Below, piece after piece: positions 10,805 to 20,156 of a stretch of DNA of 64,000 bases. Numbering within the stretch: position 1 is the stretch's first letter; each line of letters starts with the position of its first letter. Under the pieces are notes generated by a model. That model was not told the origin of the DNA and searched no databases. It saw only the letters and a list, made by a program, of their open reading frames with translations. Both the position numbers and the translations under genes were made by a program. Source of the DNA: a virus (lineage: Duplodnaviria > Heunggongvirae > Uroviricota > Caudoviricetes); the IMG/VR virus record IMGVR_UViG_3300020156_000001, positions 362,321 to 426,320 of that record; one strand, 5' to 3'.

Positions 10805-11858
10805 ACAACTCCACGTATATTTGAAGACTACCGAGACTTGCCAACTTAATTGCGCCCATTGTTTTACCAGCGGTCGGCTAGGTCGTAAAATCTACTTTAA
10901 TGCGGACAAAACCATTGATTGGTTTAAACGTCTCAAACATGCTCAGCCCCTGCTTCAACACGTAACTGTTGAATTCCACGGTGGTGAACCATTCCTCGCC
11001 CCACTCGAAGACATGCGCAAGACTTGGGAACAGTGCAAGGACTTGTTCCCAATGATGAGGTGGTCCGCGTGTACTAACCTGACGTTCAATCTTACGGAAG
11101 AGCGTCTACAGTTCATGAAGGATGCTTTCTCCAATACTATTGCCACTTCATGGGATGATGGCATCCGTTTTGAGAACGAAAAGCAGGAAAGCTTGTGGCG
11201 ACAAAATGTTCGAAAGCTTGTAGCCGAAGGCTTTGATGTTACACTAATGGTTTCTCTCTCGCGCAAAACGATTGAGAAGGAACCAATTGAATTGCTTCGC
11301 ATGGCAGCAGAGCTTGGCGTCCGCTATATTAGCTTGGAACGTATTACTCCGCATGGCCATGCAAAGGGCAACAGCGATATCTTTCCTAGCAATTTGGAGA
11401 TGGATGCTTGGTTCTTACGTATGTGGGAACAAAGTGTTGAGCACAAGGCATGGGAGTGGGCTCCTATGAATGTGTTCATGAACGGCATTCTCGAAAAGAT
11501 CAACAGAGGTTCAACCGGCGGTGTATTTTGCCGTAATTGCGAAACAAAGATGTTTACGTTGAATCCTGATGGTTCCATAGGTGGCTGCCCGAACGATGCC
11601 CCTGTAAATAACTACGGTCACTTGGATATGGAGATCAAGGATCTCTTTTACAACCCAGGTCGTATGAAGAAGATTGCATGTGAAGCGTTTCGCAATCCCT
11701 CCTGCTACAAGTGCCCAGTGTTTGACATTTGCAACGGCGATTGCCAGCAAGTATTATGGCAGGGAAATGTTTGTGCGAGTCCAAAAAGCATGATCAAGCG
11801 ACTAAAGGAAGTTGCGGATTATGATCTTTTTGAGAAGTTTTTGCAGGAGAAAGATTAA
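10797..11858 (+). CDS. Radical SAM/SPASM enzyme 1
   Basis: CQLNCAHC (CxxxCxxC), FHGGEP, and a C-terminal CRNC...GGC...CYKCPVFDICNGDC...C tail. Confidence 0.9.
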   Translation: MLKQLHVYLKTTETCQLNCAHCFTSGRLGRKIYFNADKTIDWFKRLKHAQPLLQHVTVEFHGGEPFLAPLEDMRKTWEQCKDLFPMMRWSACTNLTFNLTEERLQFMKDAFSNTIATSWDDGIRFENEKQESLWRQNVRKLVAEGFDVTLMVSLSRKTIEKEPIELLRMAAELGVRYISLERITPHGHAKGNSDIFPSNLEMDAWFLRMWEQSVEHKAWEWAPMNVFMNGILEKINRGSTGGVFCRNCETKMFTLNPDGSIGGCPNDAPVNNYGHLDMEIKDLFYNPGRMKKIACEAFRNPSCYKCPVFDICNGDCQQVLWQGNVCASPKSMIKRLKEVADYDLFEKFLQEKD

Positions 11859-12814
11859 TGGCAAACCCAACAACCGGCAACATCATTTACGCCAAGGAAA
11901 CTTCTCCCACGGCGTATGATGACATTCTCGGCAAGTTTCGTATGGAGTTCGTACGCAAAACCGAAGGCGTTATCGAGTACCACAAAGACAACGTTCTCGA
12001 TACAACCAAAGAGTTTTATCGCGTTGGCATTAATGACCAGGACTTGAATCCACAACCCACCGGATTTAACTCCACAGATATGGCAAACGCGGCCACAGCA
12101 ACACAGGATGGCATTCCCTACTTTATCACCAAGGGTGGTACGGATCTCGCACTTACTGATGTGTTTGGTCCCAACACTACGGTTCTACAAGATGACGGCC
12201 AAGTTCCACAAAACGCCGGCGATCGAATTGATGGTCAGCGCAGCTTTTGGGACGTTCAAGGCGGCGGCGGTATTGGACCAGGTGCAGATGCCGCAAGTAT
12301 CACAACTTCTGTTGCCCATGCTATTGCCGAGCATACGGCAGTTCTTGCTCGTATCCGCAAAGTAACAATTGCCGAGCGTATGGGCACAACTAGCATGGAT
12401 TGGGAATCCAAAAACTGGCCTGCAACATTTGGTCACAATGGCAAAACTTACACCATTGAAAACAAAGGCGATACGCTGGTAACTTACGAGGAACTTTACA
12501 CGTTTCCAGTGATCTCAACTAAGACAGGTTTGACCGCACTAGTTGATCCATTCCAATCCGCATTGGATTGGCAGATCTTTGCGCAAACTGTTTTTGGTGA
12601 TCCGCTTCGCACAAAGGTTGTTGACTCCGGCGGTAACTCCCCTGATGGTCCACAGGAACACGGTGAGTACATCACACAGGATGGTCTAACAACGGTGTTC
12701 GCACGTATGCAGGGTGTTTGGGAACAGGCAAAGGATTACGATGCCCGTACATTCATCGATTATTGCCACACATCTTGCCACGCCAGCTGCCACGGAAGTC
12801 GCGGTCGTCGATAA
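11858..12814 (+). CDS. Putative modification substrate with C-terminal (CHxS)3-RGRR motif
   Basis: 318-aa Thr/Gly/Asp-rich protein whose only cysteines are in the terminal YCHTSCHASCHGSRGRR. It overlaps rSAM1 by TAATG. Confidence 0.7.
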   Translation: MANPTTGNIIYAKETSPTAYDDILGKFRMEFVRKTEGVIEYHKDNVLDTTKEFYRVGINDQDLNPQPTGFNSTDMANAATATQDGIPYFITKGGTDLALTDVFGPNTTVLQDDGQVPQNAGDRIDGQRSFWDVQGGGGIGPGADAASITTSVAHAIAEHTAVLARIRKVTIAERMGTTSMDWESKNWPATFGHNGKTYTIENKGDTLVTYEELYTFPVISTKTGLTALVDPFQSALDWQIFAQTVFGDPLRTKVVDSGGNSPDGPQEHGEYITQDGLTTVFARMQGVWEQAKDYDARTFIDYCHTSCHASCHGSRGRR

Positions 12815-12824
12815 GGGAAACCCT

Positions 12825-13604
12825 ATGCTAAACTTGAACACAAAAACACCCGAACAAATCATTGAAACCACTGCACCTATCTCGATGGAGAATTTGCAGT
12901 TGGCAATGACTGATCCGGAAATTGCCATTATTATCGACTATGCCAATAGCACATTGCGCGGCAAACAATTGCTCACATACTTGAGTAACTTGGCTCTTCC
13001 TTTTGATGTCAAGATTACATCCGAAGTAAGCAAAGACGAACGTTTTGAACTGGTGCGCGAATACATGAGCATGAACGGTCTGCTAGGCGCACCAAGCCTC
13101 GTGCTTACTGTGGGTTCAATTCTCACAGCACTCAAGGGCAATGACGACTTTTACAAAGGTCTTCGTAACCCGGTTCTCAACGCCGATGAAATCATCGAGT
13201 TTATCAAAGAAAACCAAAAGATGGTTAGCAAGTGGAAGATTGTCATGGACTCCATGATCGTCTACGCGATGAAGGCCAGCAAAAAGTTCCAAGACGCATT
13301 TGGTGACCCAAAGCTCAAGTACGAAAACATTGATGACGAAACTGCCATTGGTAAGAACTTCGTACATCTGTTTGATGTTGCGATCTTCATGGAAGAGTTC
13401 TTCAAAGTCCCAGGTAACAAGTTCTACTATTTTACCAAGCAGTTTGAAGACTACATGTTTGCCCAGCAGAACCTGTTCTACTATTTCATGAAGCCATCAA
13501 ACCCATTGCCGGCAAGCTTGGAAAGCATTGGTTCTGACCACTACAACGTGGGTGACCTCATTAAGGAATACGACGAGATTGAGGCTCGTCTAACTGAAGA
13601 GTAA
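12825..13604 (+). CDS. Hypothetical protein in the radical SAM operon
   Basis: ATG 12825 follows AAGGGA. 259 aa with no recognisable catalytic motif. Confidence 0.7.
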   Translation: MLNLNTKTPEQIIETTAPISMENLQLAMTDPEIAIIIDYANSTLRGKQLLTYLSNLALPFDVKITSEVSKDERFELVREYMSMNGLLGAPSLVLTVGSILTALKGNDDFYKGLRNPVLNADEIIEFIKENQKMVSKWKIVMDSMIVYAMKASKKFQDAFGDPKLKYENIDDETAIGKNFVHLFDVAIFMEEFFKVPGNKFYYFTKQFEDYMFAQQNLFYYFMKPSNPLPASLESIGSDHYNVGDLIKEYDEIEARLTEE

Positions 13605-13605
13605 A

Positions 13606-14700
13606 ATGGAAAAGCTTGTTTTTGGTGGTGAGGATGTCATTGATATCAGTGACATCGATCCTTCGGTAAAACCGATTGTTCAACTCACCGAAACAGTTCT
13701 TGCAAAAAAGCGTAGCTCGCAAGGTGAGATTATCGTCACCTTGTTTGAGCATTGCAATCTATCATGCAAGTTCTGCAACCAAGACCATGACTCCACTTTG
13801 GGAATGGACAATATTCGTGGTAAGGCTGCGGATGTTATCAAAGCAATCCAACTGCTAAAGAAGATGCGTAAGGAAACTTTCTCAATCCATTTTATGGGTG
13901 GAGAGATTTTTCAAGACTCGTTTGATCAATCCCAATATGTGGAATATTTGAACCTAACACTGGATGTTGCTGAGTTTTGCGAGCAAATGGGTTATCCCGT
14001 TGAGTTCGTTTTTATGAGCAATTTGATCCACTTCAACACACAAGCGGTAAAGGGTTTGCTAACGGCGCTGTCAGCGCGAAACCTTAAGGTAATGCTTGGT
14101 ACCAGCTATGATCCTTCTATGCGATTTTCAGCAAAGGATCTGGCAATCTTCTCACGCAACTTGGAAATCTATAAAGATTATCTGGGTGTTGTGAATGTTA
14201 TCCTCACTGCGCCAAACATCCGCAAATTCTTGTGCGGCAACACGCCGCATTTCGATTACATTTACGAACACTTTGAAGTGTTCTTCGACTATTACACACC
14301 AGAGGCAAATCATGAAATCATGTCTCCAAAAGATCATGAACTACGTGATATGCTTGAGTGGCTCGTTGTTCATTATCCAAAAGTTAATCCAGTATCTGGT
14401 TGGATAGAGCACGAAGACAACGCAATGAGTTGTCAAAGCACCTATACGATTCAGCCCGATGGTCGCGCTGGTCGTTGCACGATTCTGTTAAATAATTTTC
14501 AGAAAGAGGTCGCCCCAAAAACAGCGGGTGAAATGGAAGGTGAGTTTATCACCAAGATGGATTGCTTGAAATGCGAGTTCTTCTCGCGCTGTGGTTTGGG
14601 CTGCTTTCTTCAACAACATTTCAACGGCCCCAACCGTACAATGAACGACTGCTGGATGAAAGACGTTCATCGTAAGATCAGCGAGGTGAAAAGTGTTTGA
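13606..14700 (+). CDS. Radical SAM/SPASM enzyme 2
   Basis: CNLSCKFC, FMGGE, and a C-terminal SC...RC...CLKCEFFSRCGLGC...C tail. Confidence 0.88.
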   Translation: MEKLVFGGEDVIDISDIDPSVKPIVQLTETVLAKKRSSQGEIIVTLFEHCNLSCKFCNQDHDSTLGMDNIRGKAADVIKAIQLLKKMRKETFSIHFMGGEIFQDSFDQSQYVEYLNLTLDVAEFCEQMGYPVEFVFMSNLIHFNTQAVKGLLTALSARNLKVMLGTSYDPSMRFSAKDLAIFSRNLEIYKDYLGVVNVILTAPNIRKFLCGNTPHFDYIYEHFEVFFDYYTPEANHEIMSPKDHELRDMLEWLVVHYPKVNPVSGWIEHEDNAMSCQSTYTIQPDGRAGRCTILLNNFQKEVAPKTAGEMEGEFITKMDCLKCEFFSRCGLGCFLQQHFNGPNRTMNDCWMKDVHRKISEVKSV

Positions 14701-15043
14701 TGATGATCTCAGCTATTTGGAATCTTTTGCTCGCACATTAAGAAGTTATCCAATAGTTGTCGTGCATGTGGATGAACGCACATTGCTGGCAATCTACAAA
14801 GAACCCACTGAGCATTTTGTGGGATTAATTCGCAAGAAGCGAAACATTCCTTTTTATCAAGCCTTTGTTGCTCAATTTTATCCCAGTGATACCAACTACA
14901 CGGGCTTGGGTACTGGTAATAAACTTGTTGAATTCGTGTTTGCTAACCCGGATAAAGTCCGAGCGTTTTCAACCGCAGATGTTTCGGGTCACGAGAACTT
15001 TGAAACTGAGTTTCTTCGCGTGCTGAAGGAGACCATAAAATGA
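14693..15043 (+). CDS. Hypothetical protein
   Basis: GTG start after GAGG; overlaps both neighbouring genes. Confidence 0.6.
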   Translation: MFDDDLSYLESFARTLRSYPIVVVHVDERTLLAIYKEPTEHFVGLIRKKRNIPFYQAFVAQFYPSDTNYTGLGTGNKLVEFVFANPDKVRAFSTADVSGHENFETEFLRVLKETIK

Positions 15044-15942
15044 CTCTACTCAACGCGATGTTTCGTAACGGCGACAACAGCTTGGTTAACGTGCAATGGG
15101 AGTTCCTAGATACTCCGCCGGCACGGTCTTGGCGCAATATGTTTGAATACGTGTTGGAGAACCCCAAGAGCAACCCACTCCATTTGACGGATGCAGTGTT
15201 CTGCCAAAGCCGTGATGAAGCGAAAGCCCTTTGGGATCAAGTTCGCACGGATCTCATAGGCTTCAATCATATCTATGCAAAGATGCCTTTTGGTAAAGTT
15301 AAGGCAGCTCATTGCTCTAAGCTTCTCGAAGAGTTGTTCCAAATGCAAACCAACGGCATGCTTGGTTTGGACCGCACCTATGTGATCAAAGGTGTTGTGG
15401 ACAATTTGAAGAAGGTAATGTTCTACTTAGACAAAGTTGCCGATACCGAATTCAACAACGGTAACGAAGGTTCCGCTTATGGGCAAATCAACGTTATTCC
15501 TGATCCACACTTTGCTATCGAATTCAAGCCCGAGTGGATTGAATACCTAACTATGGATATCGAGCCGGGTACGATGTATGCGGAACTCGTATATACGGGA
15601 CAAGCGTGGCATCACATCCTACAATTGGGTCAGGTTGAAAATGCTTATGATGCAATTCGCACCAAGCGTTTTGGTCCACCTGCGGCCATGGGTAGTGGAT
15701 TTGTTGTACCGTTCAATCAAGACGTTGGTGGTGTGGAAGCCGAATTGATTCAGTATTTCTACAACCATCGCGGCGCTCTAAAACACCTTGATTCCACCTT
15801 TGATCCCATGTATGCGTTAGCGTGCTCAGGACGTTTGCCAGTGGCCAAGCTAAAGACAAGTTTGGGTGCGATTGGATATGCGGGTTATGAAGACCTTAAG
15901 CGAATCAAATCGCTGTTCAAACTGGAGGCGTATGATGACTGA
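15040..15942 (+). CDS. Hypothetical protein
   Basis: 300-aa ORF with an AAGGAG SD, overlapping the stop of the upstream gene. Confidence 0.7.
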   Translation: MTLLNAMFRNGDNSLVNVQWEFLDTPPARSWRNMFEYVLENPKSNPLHLTDAVFCQSRDEAKALWDQVRTDLIGFNHIYAKMPFGKVKAAHCSKLLEELFQMQTNGMLGLDRTYVIKGVVDNLKKVMFYLDKVADTEFNNGNEGSAYGQINVIPDPHFAIEFKPEWIEYLTMDIEPGTMYAELVYTGQAWHHILQLGQVENAYDAIRTKRFGPPAAMGSGFVVPFNQDVGGVEAELIQYFYNHRGALKHLDSTFDPMYALACSGRLPVAKLKTSLGAIGYAGYEDLKRIKSLFKLEAYDD

Positions 15943-16201
15943 AAATGAAAAGCGAATGCTATTCTATATTAGAGAGATGGGCAAACGTATTGCAGAAGCG
16001 CGTGCTGTGAATAATGCAGCGGTAGATAGTTGGATAGCAGATCCAACAACAAAAGTACCAAAGCAAATCGTCCAAGAGTATCGAAAACTACGTTTGGATT
16101 TTATTGATGAGCAAGTGATCGTTGCGTTTTCACAGGGCGAAGACATTGTTCTCACCCGATTGCAGGCTGAGGAAAATGGATCTTATCGTAAAACCAACTG
16201 A
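15935..16201 (+). CDS. Small hypothetical protein
   Basis: GGAGG SD before ATG 15932/15935; fills the gap between coupled genes. Confidence 0.6.
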   Translation: MTENEKRMLFYIREMGKRIAEARAVNNAAVDSWIADPTTKVPKQIVQEYRKLRLDFIDEQVIVAFSQGEDIVLTRLQAEENGSYRKTN

Positions 16202-17261
16202 GCTTTGCAACTTCAAATGCACATTCTGCTCCAGCACTAAAATTGCCGCACATTCCGCGCAAATGCTTGATGTTGAAAAGATCTTTGAGTTCCTAAAGCG
16301 TTTCCCCAATACAAAGACGATTATCATCAATGGTGGTGACCCACTTATGGTTGCGCCGGGTTGGTACTGGCGTCTTATCGACCATTTGGAAAAGCACGAT
16401 TACGAAGCTTCCATCAGCTTTACATCCAATCTGTGGCCGTTTCTGCAAAAGCCGCAAAAGTGGGTCGATTTGTTCCGTCACCCACGACTTGGGGTAACAA
16501 CGAGTTTCAATTATGGACCGGGTCGTGTAAAGGGTGATCTCTCACTTTTTACTGAGGATGATCTTTGGGAAGTTTCCAATGCCATGCTTGAATATGTGGG
16601 TTATCGTCCGGATTTTATCTCTGTGGTAACCGACGAGAATGAGCATCTTGCGCTGGACAATGTTCGACTTGCCAAGCGTATGAGTGAAGGAAAACCCGCT
16701 GGCAGTTTTGCCGATGGTGTCAAGGTTGGTGTTGAGTGCAAGCTTAATTATGCGATGGCATCCGGTGATATCATTGTTGATCCTCGCACAGGACACCGAA
16801 TGGGTCAGGCTGGCAACCCTTACTTGCTTGCAAAAGTTTACGCGCTTTATGTTGCAATTCACAAAGAGGGTTTGACACCTTGGGAATTCAACACTAAGCA
16901 GATGTCAAAACGCCTAACTGATCGTCCAACAATTTGCCCACAAAACCGCAAATGCGATGAGGGTATTCGGACGATTCAACCCGGTGGTGACTATTACAGT
17001 TGCGGTGCGTTTGGTGACGATCGTGACAAGCCGATTGATTATCATGCCGAAGTGATCGAAGGTAAGTTTTTCACTCCTCTGCAGGATGATGCAAATTTGT
17101 CCAGCATGAAAACCGAATGCTTCACATGTCCAATGTTTGCAATCTGCAATGGTTGCCGTAAAACAGTCAAGGACTTGAAGGAAGCAGGTCTCGTAGAGCA
17201 GCATTGCAAAACAATGAAAACGCTTGCTACGGACATTCTGGAGGTCAATGGACTAGCATGA
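16176..17261 (+). CDS. Radical SAM/SPASM enzyme 3
   Basis: MDLIVKPTELCNFKCTFC, INGGDP, and a C-terminal CPQNRKC...YSC...CFTCPMFAICNGC...C tail. Confidence 0.9.
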   Translation: MDLIVKPTELCNFKCTFCSSTKIAAHSAQMLDVEKIFEFLKRFPNTKTIIINGGDPLMVAPGWYWRLIDHLEKHDYEASISFTSNLWPFLQKPQKWVDLFRHPRLGVTTSFNYGPGRVKGDLSLFTEDDLWEVSNAMLEYVGYRPDFISVVTDENEHLALDNVRLAKRMSEGKPAGSFADGVKVGVECKLNYAMASGDIIVDPRTGHRMGQAGNPYLLAKVYALYVAIHKEGLTPWEFNTKQMSKRLTDRPTICPQNRKCDEGIRTIQPGGDYYSCGAFGDDRDKPIDYHAEVIEGKFFTPLQDDANLSSMKTECFTCPMFAICNGCRKTVKDLKEAGLVEQHCKTMKTLATDILEVNGLA

Positions 17262-18178
17262 AGGTTTCCTTAAACCCTACGTACCTGTGTAATTTCAGGT
17301 GCTCCTTTTGTTACCTCACAACCGAACAACTCGCGGATTCCAAGACCATAACGGGAGATCAACTCCGTGCTCGTCTTTCCGAAATCACTGCGGTTAAGCC
17401 AATTGAATCTCTTGACCTCTATGGGGGTGAAGTTGGTATGTTAAGTGAGACAAAGTGGTATGAACTCAAAGGTATAATCAGAGAGTTCTACACGGGTCCA
17501 ATCAACGTAATCACAAACTTGTCGCGGATTCACAAAGGGTTTCTAGACGACGATATTGATCTTTCCGTTAGCTATGACTTTGATGTACGACAAGCTAGTA
17601 CCAGCGTGCGCAACAACATGTTGGCACTACCAAAGCAGTTCTCGATCCTATTGCTTGCAAGCAAGAACATGTTGGGACGCGATGTTGGTCTAATGATCTC
17701 CGAGCTCAACTTGTATGCGAACTTGATTGCTGTGGAAATCAAACCCTACAGCACAAATCAAGCCAACGCGGATCCCGTTACGTTTAAAGACTTTGAAACC
17801 TTTGTAAGAAAGTGGATTGAGGTTCCAAAGAAACGCTTTGAATTTGTTAACGAATTTCTCGTCGAGGATGCTCTTCTCGGTCAAACCAGTAGTTTCTCCG
17901 ACGATCACATTTATATCACACCTTCGGGAAAGTTTGGTGTCCTAGAGTTTGACAATAACGATAACGAGTTCTTCTTGGAACTGGATTCATTTGTCCAGTA
18001 TGAGGAATGGTGTGTGTTGGAAAGGACACGGGTTCAAGCCAACGTGTTTTGCAATAGCTGCGAGTATTTTGGAAACTGCTTGAGTGAACACTTACGGAAT
18101 GTTACGAATTTAACGAACTCATGCAACGGGTTCAAAGGATTGCTGGATTGGTACCGCGATGAAAGATTGGAAGTTTAG
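17258..18178 (+). CDS. Radical SAM enzyme 4 (reduced SPASM-like tail)
   Basis: NPTYLCNFRCSFC, LYGGE, and a C-terminal CNSCEYFGNCLSEH...SC tail. ATGA overlap with rSAM3. Confidence 0.88.
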   Translation: MKVSLNPTYLCNFRCSFCYLTTEQLADSKTITGDQLRARLSEITAVKPIESLDLYGGEVGMLSETKWYELKGIIREFYTGPINVITNLSRIHKGFLDDDIDLSVSYDFDVRQASTSVRNNMLALPKQFSILLLASKNMLGRDVGLMISELNLYANLIAVEIKPYSTNQANADPVTFKDFETFVRKWIEVPKKRFEFVNEFLVEDALLGQTSSFSDDHIYITPSGKFGVLEFDNNDNEFFLELDSFVQYEEWCVLERTRVQANVFCNSCEYFGNCLSEHLRNVTNLTNSCNGFKGLLDWYRDERLEV

Positions 18179-18587
18179 GCAAGATCTGTATCATCGCTTA
18201 AATCGGGAACACGCCGACGAAAACGGTCCTGATACTGTTATTATGATGTCGGATACTTCCGATCAAGCAATCTCGGATATGGTCGTTCGGTATATGTGTG
18301 GTATGATTCCCGAAAAGATCATTTACCCTGCAAAGTCCTACTTCGTTGGTCTCGTTTATGCGAGACTTCTCCGTGACTGTTTCTTTGAGGACCCCTATGC
18401 TTGTTTGGATGATCCTGGCTTGCTCCACAACAACGATCCTTACTTTCGCCCTTATTCAGAAGCGAAAGCTATCTACGATACAGTGCTTGAAGCGATGAAT
18501 GGTTGGAACTTTGATCTAACCGTGGGTGAAATACCCGACGTCAAAAGCTACTTTGACCAAGAGTTTATGCTCGATCAAGATGCTTGA
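18159..18587 (+). CDS. Hypothetical protein, last gene of the radical SAM operon
   Basis: Overlaps rSAM4; 142 aa, acidic and aromatic-rich. Confidence 0.65.
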   Translation: MKDWKFRQDLYHRLNREHADENGPDTVIMMSDTSDQAISDMVVRYMCGMIPEKIIYPAKSYFVGLVYARLLRDCFFEDPYACLDDPGLLHNNDPYFRPYSEAKAIYDTVLEAMNGWNFDLTVGEIPDVKSYFDQEFMLDQDA

Positions 18588-19263
18588 GCTCTTTGTCACT
18601 CCAGTAGATATAACGCTTGAGTTTGATAACCTCACCTTGTTGTGAGGTTATTCCATATGCGCGAATCACCGGCTTAAAGTCTTCTTTAAATTCCGGATAA
18701 AGTGGACCAAACTTTGCCCGCATTAGCCAGCGGTATGGGTTTGCCACATAATGATCCACATACTTGGTTGCCGGGTGATTATCCCGGGTAAAGTAAACAC
18801 CAACACCAAACTCATAACCAATTTGGGTAAACCACGGAAGCTTGGGTGTGATATAAGCGGAAACGTTTAGGTCTCCCATCTTTACAACACTTTGCCCCGT
18901 ATGCAAGTCGTACTTTACGGCAAACCCTGGCATAAAGTTGCCTTCGGGTATTCCATAAAACCGTTTGATGTCATCACCCGGAGGAGCCTTGAACACAACA
19001 ACGGCAGTATCATGCAGATAGGTTAATCCATCAGCGGGGTGAAAGCTGATAGCTTCATAGGGATAGTGAAGGTGATCGCGAAAATGTGGCGCACGTTCAA
19101 CAATATGATTGAACAGTGGTAAAACCCGAGGATCTCCAACCTTGTAAGCTTTTTCGACAACGCCGTTGCTGTCGATTTGAAACTCACAAATAAGATCGTC
19201 AAGACCCTCGGTTAATTCGTTTAGTGGGATTGCTCTGCCAGAAACGTTAGTTTGGGCACTCAT
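18565..19263 (-). CDS. Hypothetical protein
   Basis: 232-aa ORF convergent with the operon. Confidence 0.6.
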   Translation of the reverse strand: MSAQTNVSGRAIPLNELTEGLDDLICEFQIDSNGVVEKAYKVGDPRVLPLFNHIVERAPHFRDHLHYPYEAISFHPADGLTYLHDTAVVVFKAPPGDDIKRFYGIPEGNFMPGFAVKYDLHTGQSVVKMGDLNVSAYITPKLPWFTQIGYEFGVGVYFTRDNHPATKYVDHYVANPYRWLMRAKFGPLYPEFKEDFKPVIRAYGITSQQGEVIKLKRYIYWSDKELKHLDRA

Positions 19264-19295
19264 AAAAACTCTTCACGTTCAGGGCAATATTACCC

Positions 19296-19565
19296 TTAGA
19301 GATAAGCAAACTGCATTATCTCATTTGAAAGATCAATAACTTCCTGCTTCACGACTTCCATGTCAATGATAGCGCGGATGCTTTGGATGCCTTGTTCAGA
19401 AAGTGGACCAGCATCAAAGATTTCCGCAGCTTCTTCAAAAGACACGAGGTATTCATCGCCATTAGTATAGATAACACAAGCTGCGCTAATAAATTCCTCA
19501 GGGACAACAAACGCTTCCGCTTCTTCGAGAAACTTGTCAATGTGTTCGTACTTGTCGTGTTCCAT
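19296..19565 (-). CDS. Small acidic hypothetical protein
   Basis: GGGAG SD; TAAATA upstream at 19611-19616 on the minus strand. Confidence 0.6.
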   Translation of the reverse strand: MEHDKYEHIDKFLEEAEAFVVPEEFISAACVIYTNGDEYLVSFEEAAEIFDAGPLSEQGIQSIRAIIDMEVVKQEVIDLSNEIMQFAYL

Positions 19566-19623
19566 GGCTTTTCACTCCCATTGAAGTACGTTAGGAACGT
19601 CCTAACAAGTTATTTACCGCTTT

Positions 19624-19866
19624 TTATTCGCGATGGAGCTTGATAAGCAATTGTAGGCGATCGTAGGCTTCCTTGATTGCGGGAACTATTTGTAGTTCGT
19701 TTAGTTCTGCATTGTCTTGAATCAGTCTCATCAACTCCTCTTCACCTAGAATGTATTCACCAGAAGGAAACTGAAAGCGGAAATCAAAAGTAGCGGCACG
19801 CTCCAAAGGCAAAGGAATTGTAACCGTTTGATGAATTGGTGGTGTCTTGAATGTGATTTGAGACAT
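19624..19866 (-). CDS. Hypothetical protein
   Basis: ATG 19866 lies just after the upstream stop. C-terminus PAIKEAYDRLQLLIKL. Confidence 0.55.
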   Translation of the reverse strand: MSQITFKTPPIHQTVTIPLPLERAATFDFRFQFPSGEYILGEEELMRLIQDNAELNELQIVPAIKEAYDRLQLLIKLHRE

Positions 19867-19868
19867 AG

Positions 19869-20156
19869 CTAATCCGTTTGTAGCTTGAGCACCATCATGA
19901 ACTTGTCCCAATAATGCTTGGCCGCAGGGTTTTCATTCAGCTCTTTCATAAGCTTCTTAAAAGCCCTGCCAGCTTCTGCATCAGCAGATAAGTCACGATT
20001 CTTTCTCATGAGTTCCAAGTTTTCATTACGATAAACGGTAATCTCACGATTGGCGTTTGCTACAATTGGTCCCCACTGCTCACGCGCATACTCTTCACAA
20101 GTTTGGCGCAAGCTGTTATTGGAGTCCAAATGTTGGTGGCGATATGGTTCGCTCAA
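19869..20156 (-). CDS. Hypothetical coiled-coil protein
   Basis: GGAGG SD and TTG start, coupled to the upstream gene. Confidence 0.55.
   Translation of the reverse strand: MSEPYRHQHLDSNNSLRQTCEEYAREQWGPIVANANREITVYRNENLELMRKNRDLSADAEAGRAFKKLMKELNENPAAKHYWDKFMMVLKLQTD

Noticed and set aside
12764-12802. c-type heme attachment motifs (CxxCH) in the substrate tail
   Set aside because: The spacing is CxxxCH rather than CxxCH, and no signal peptide or cytochrome c maturation genes are present. It is not strictly excluded.
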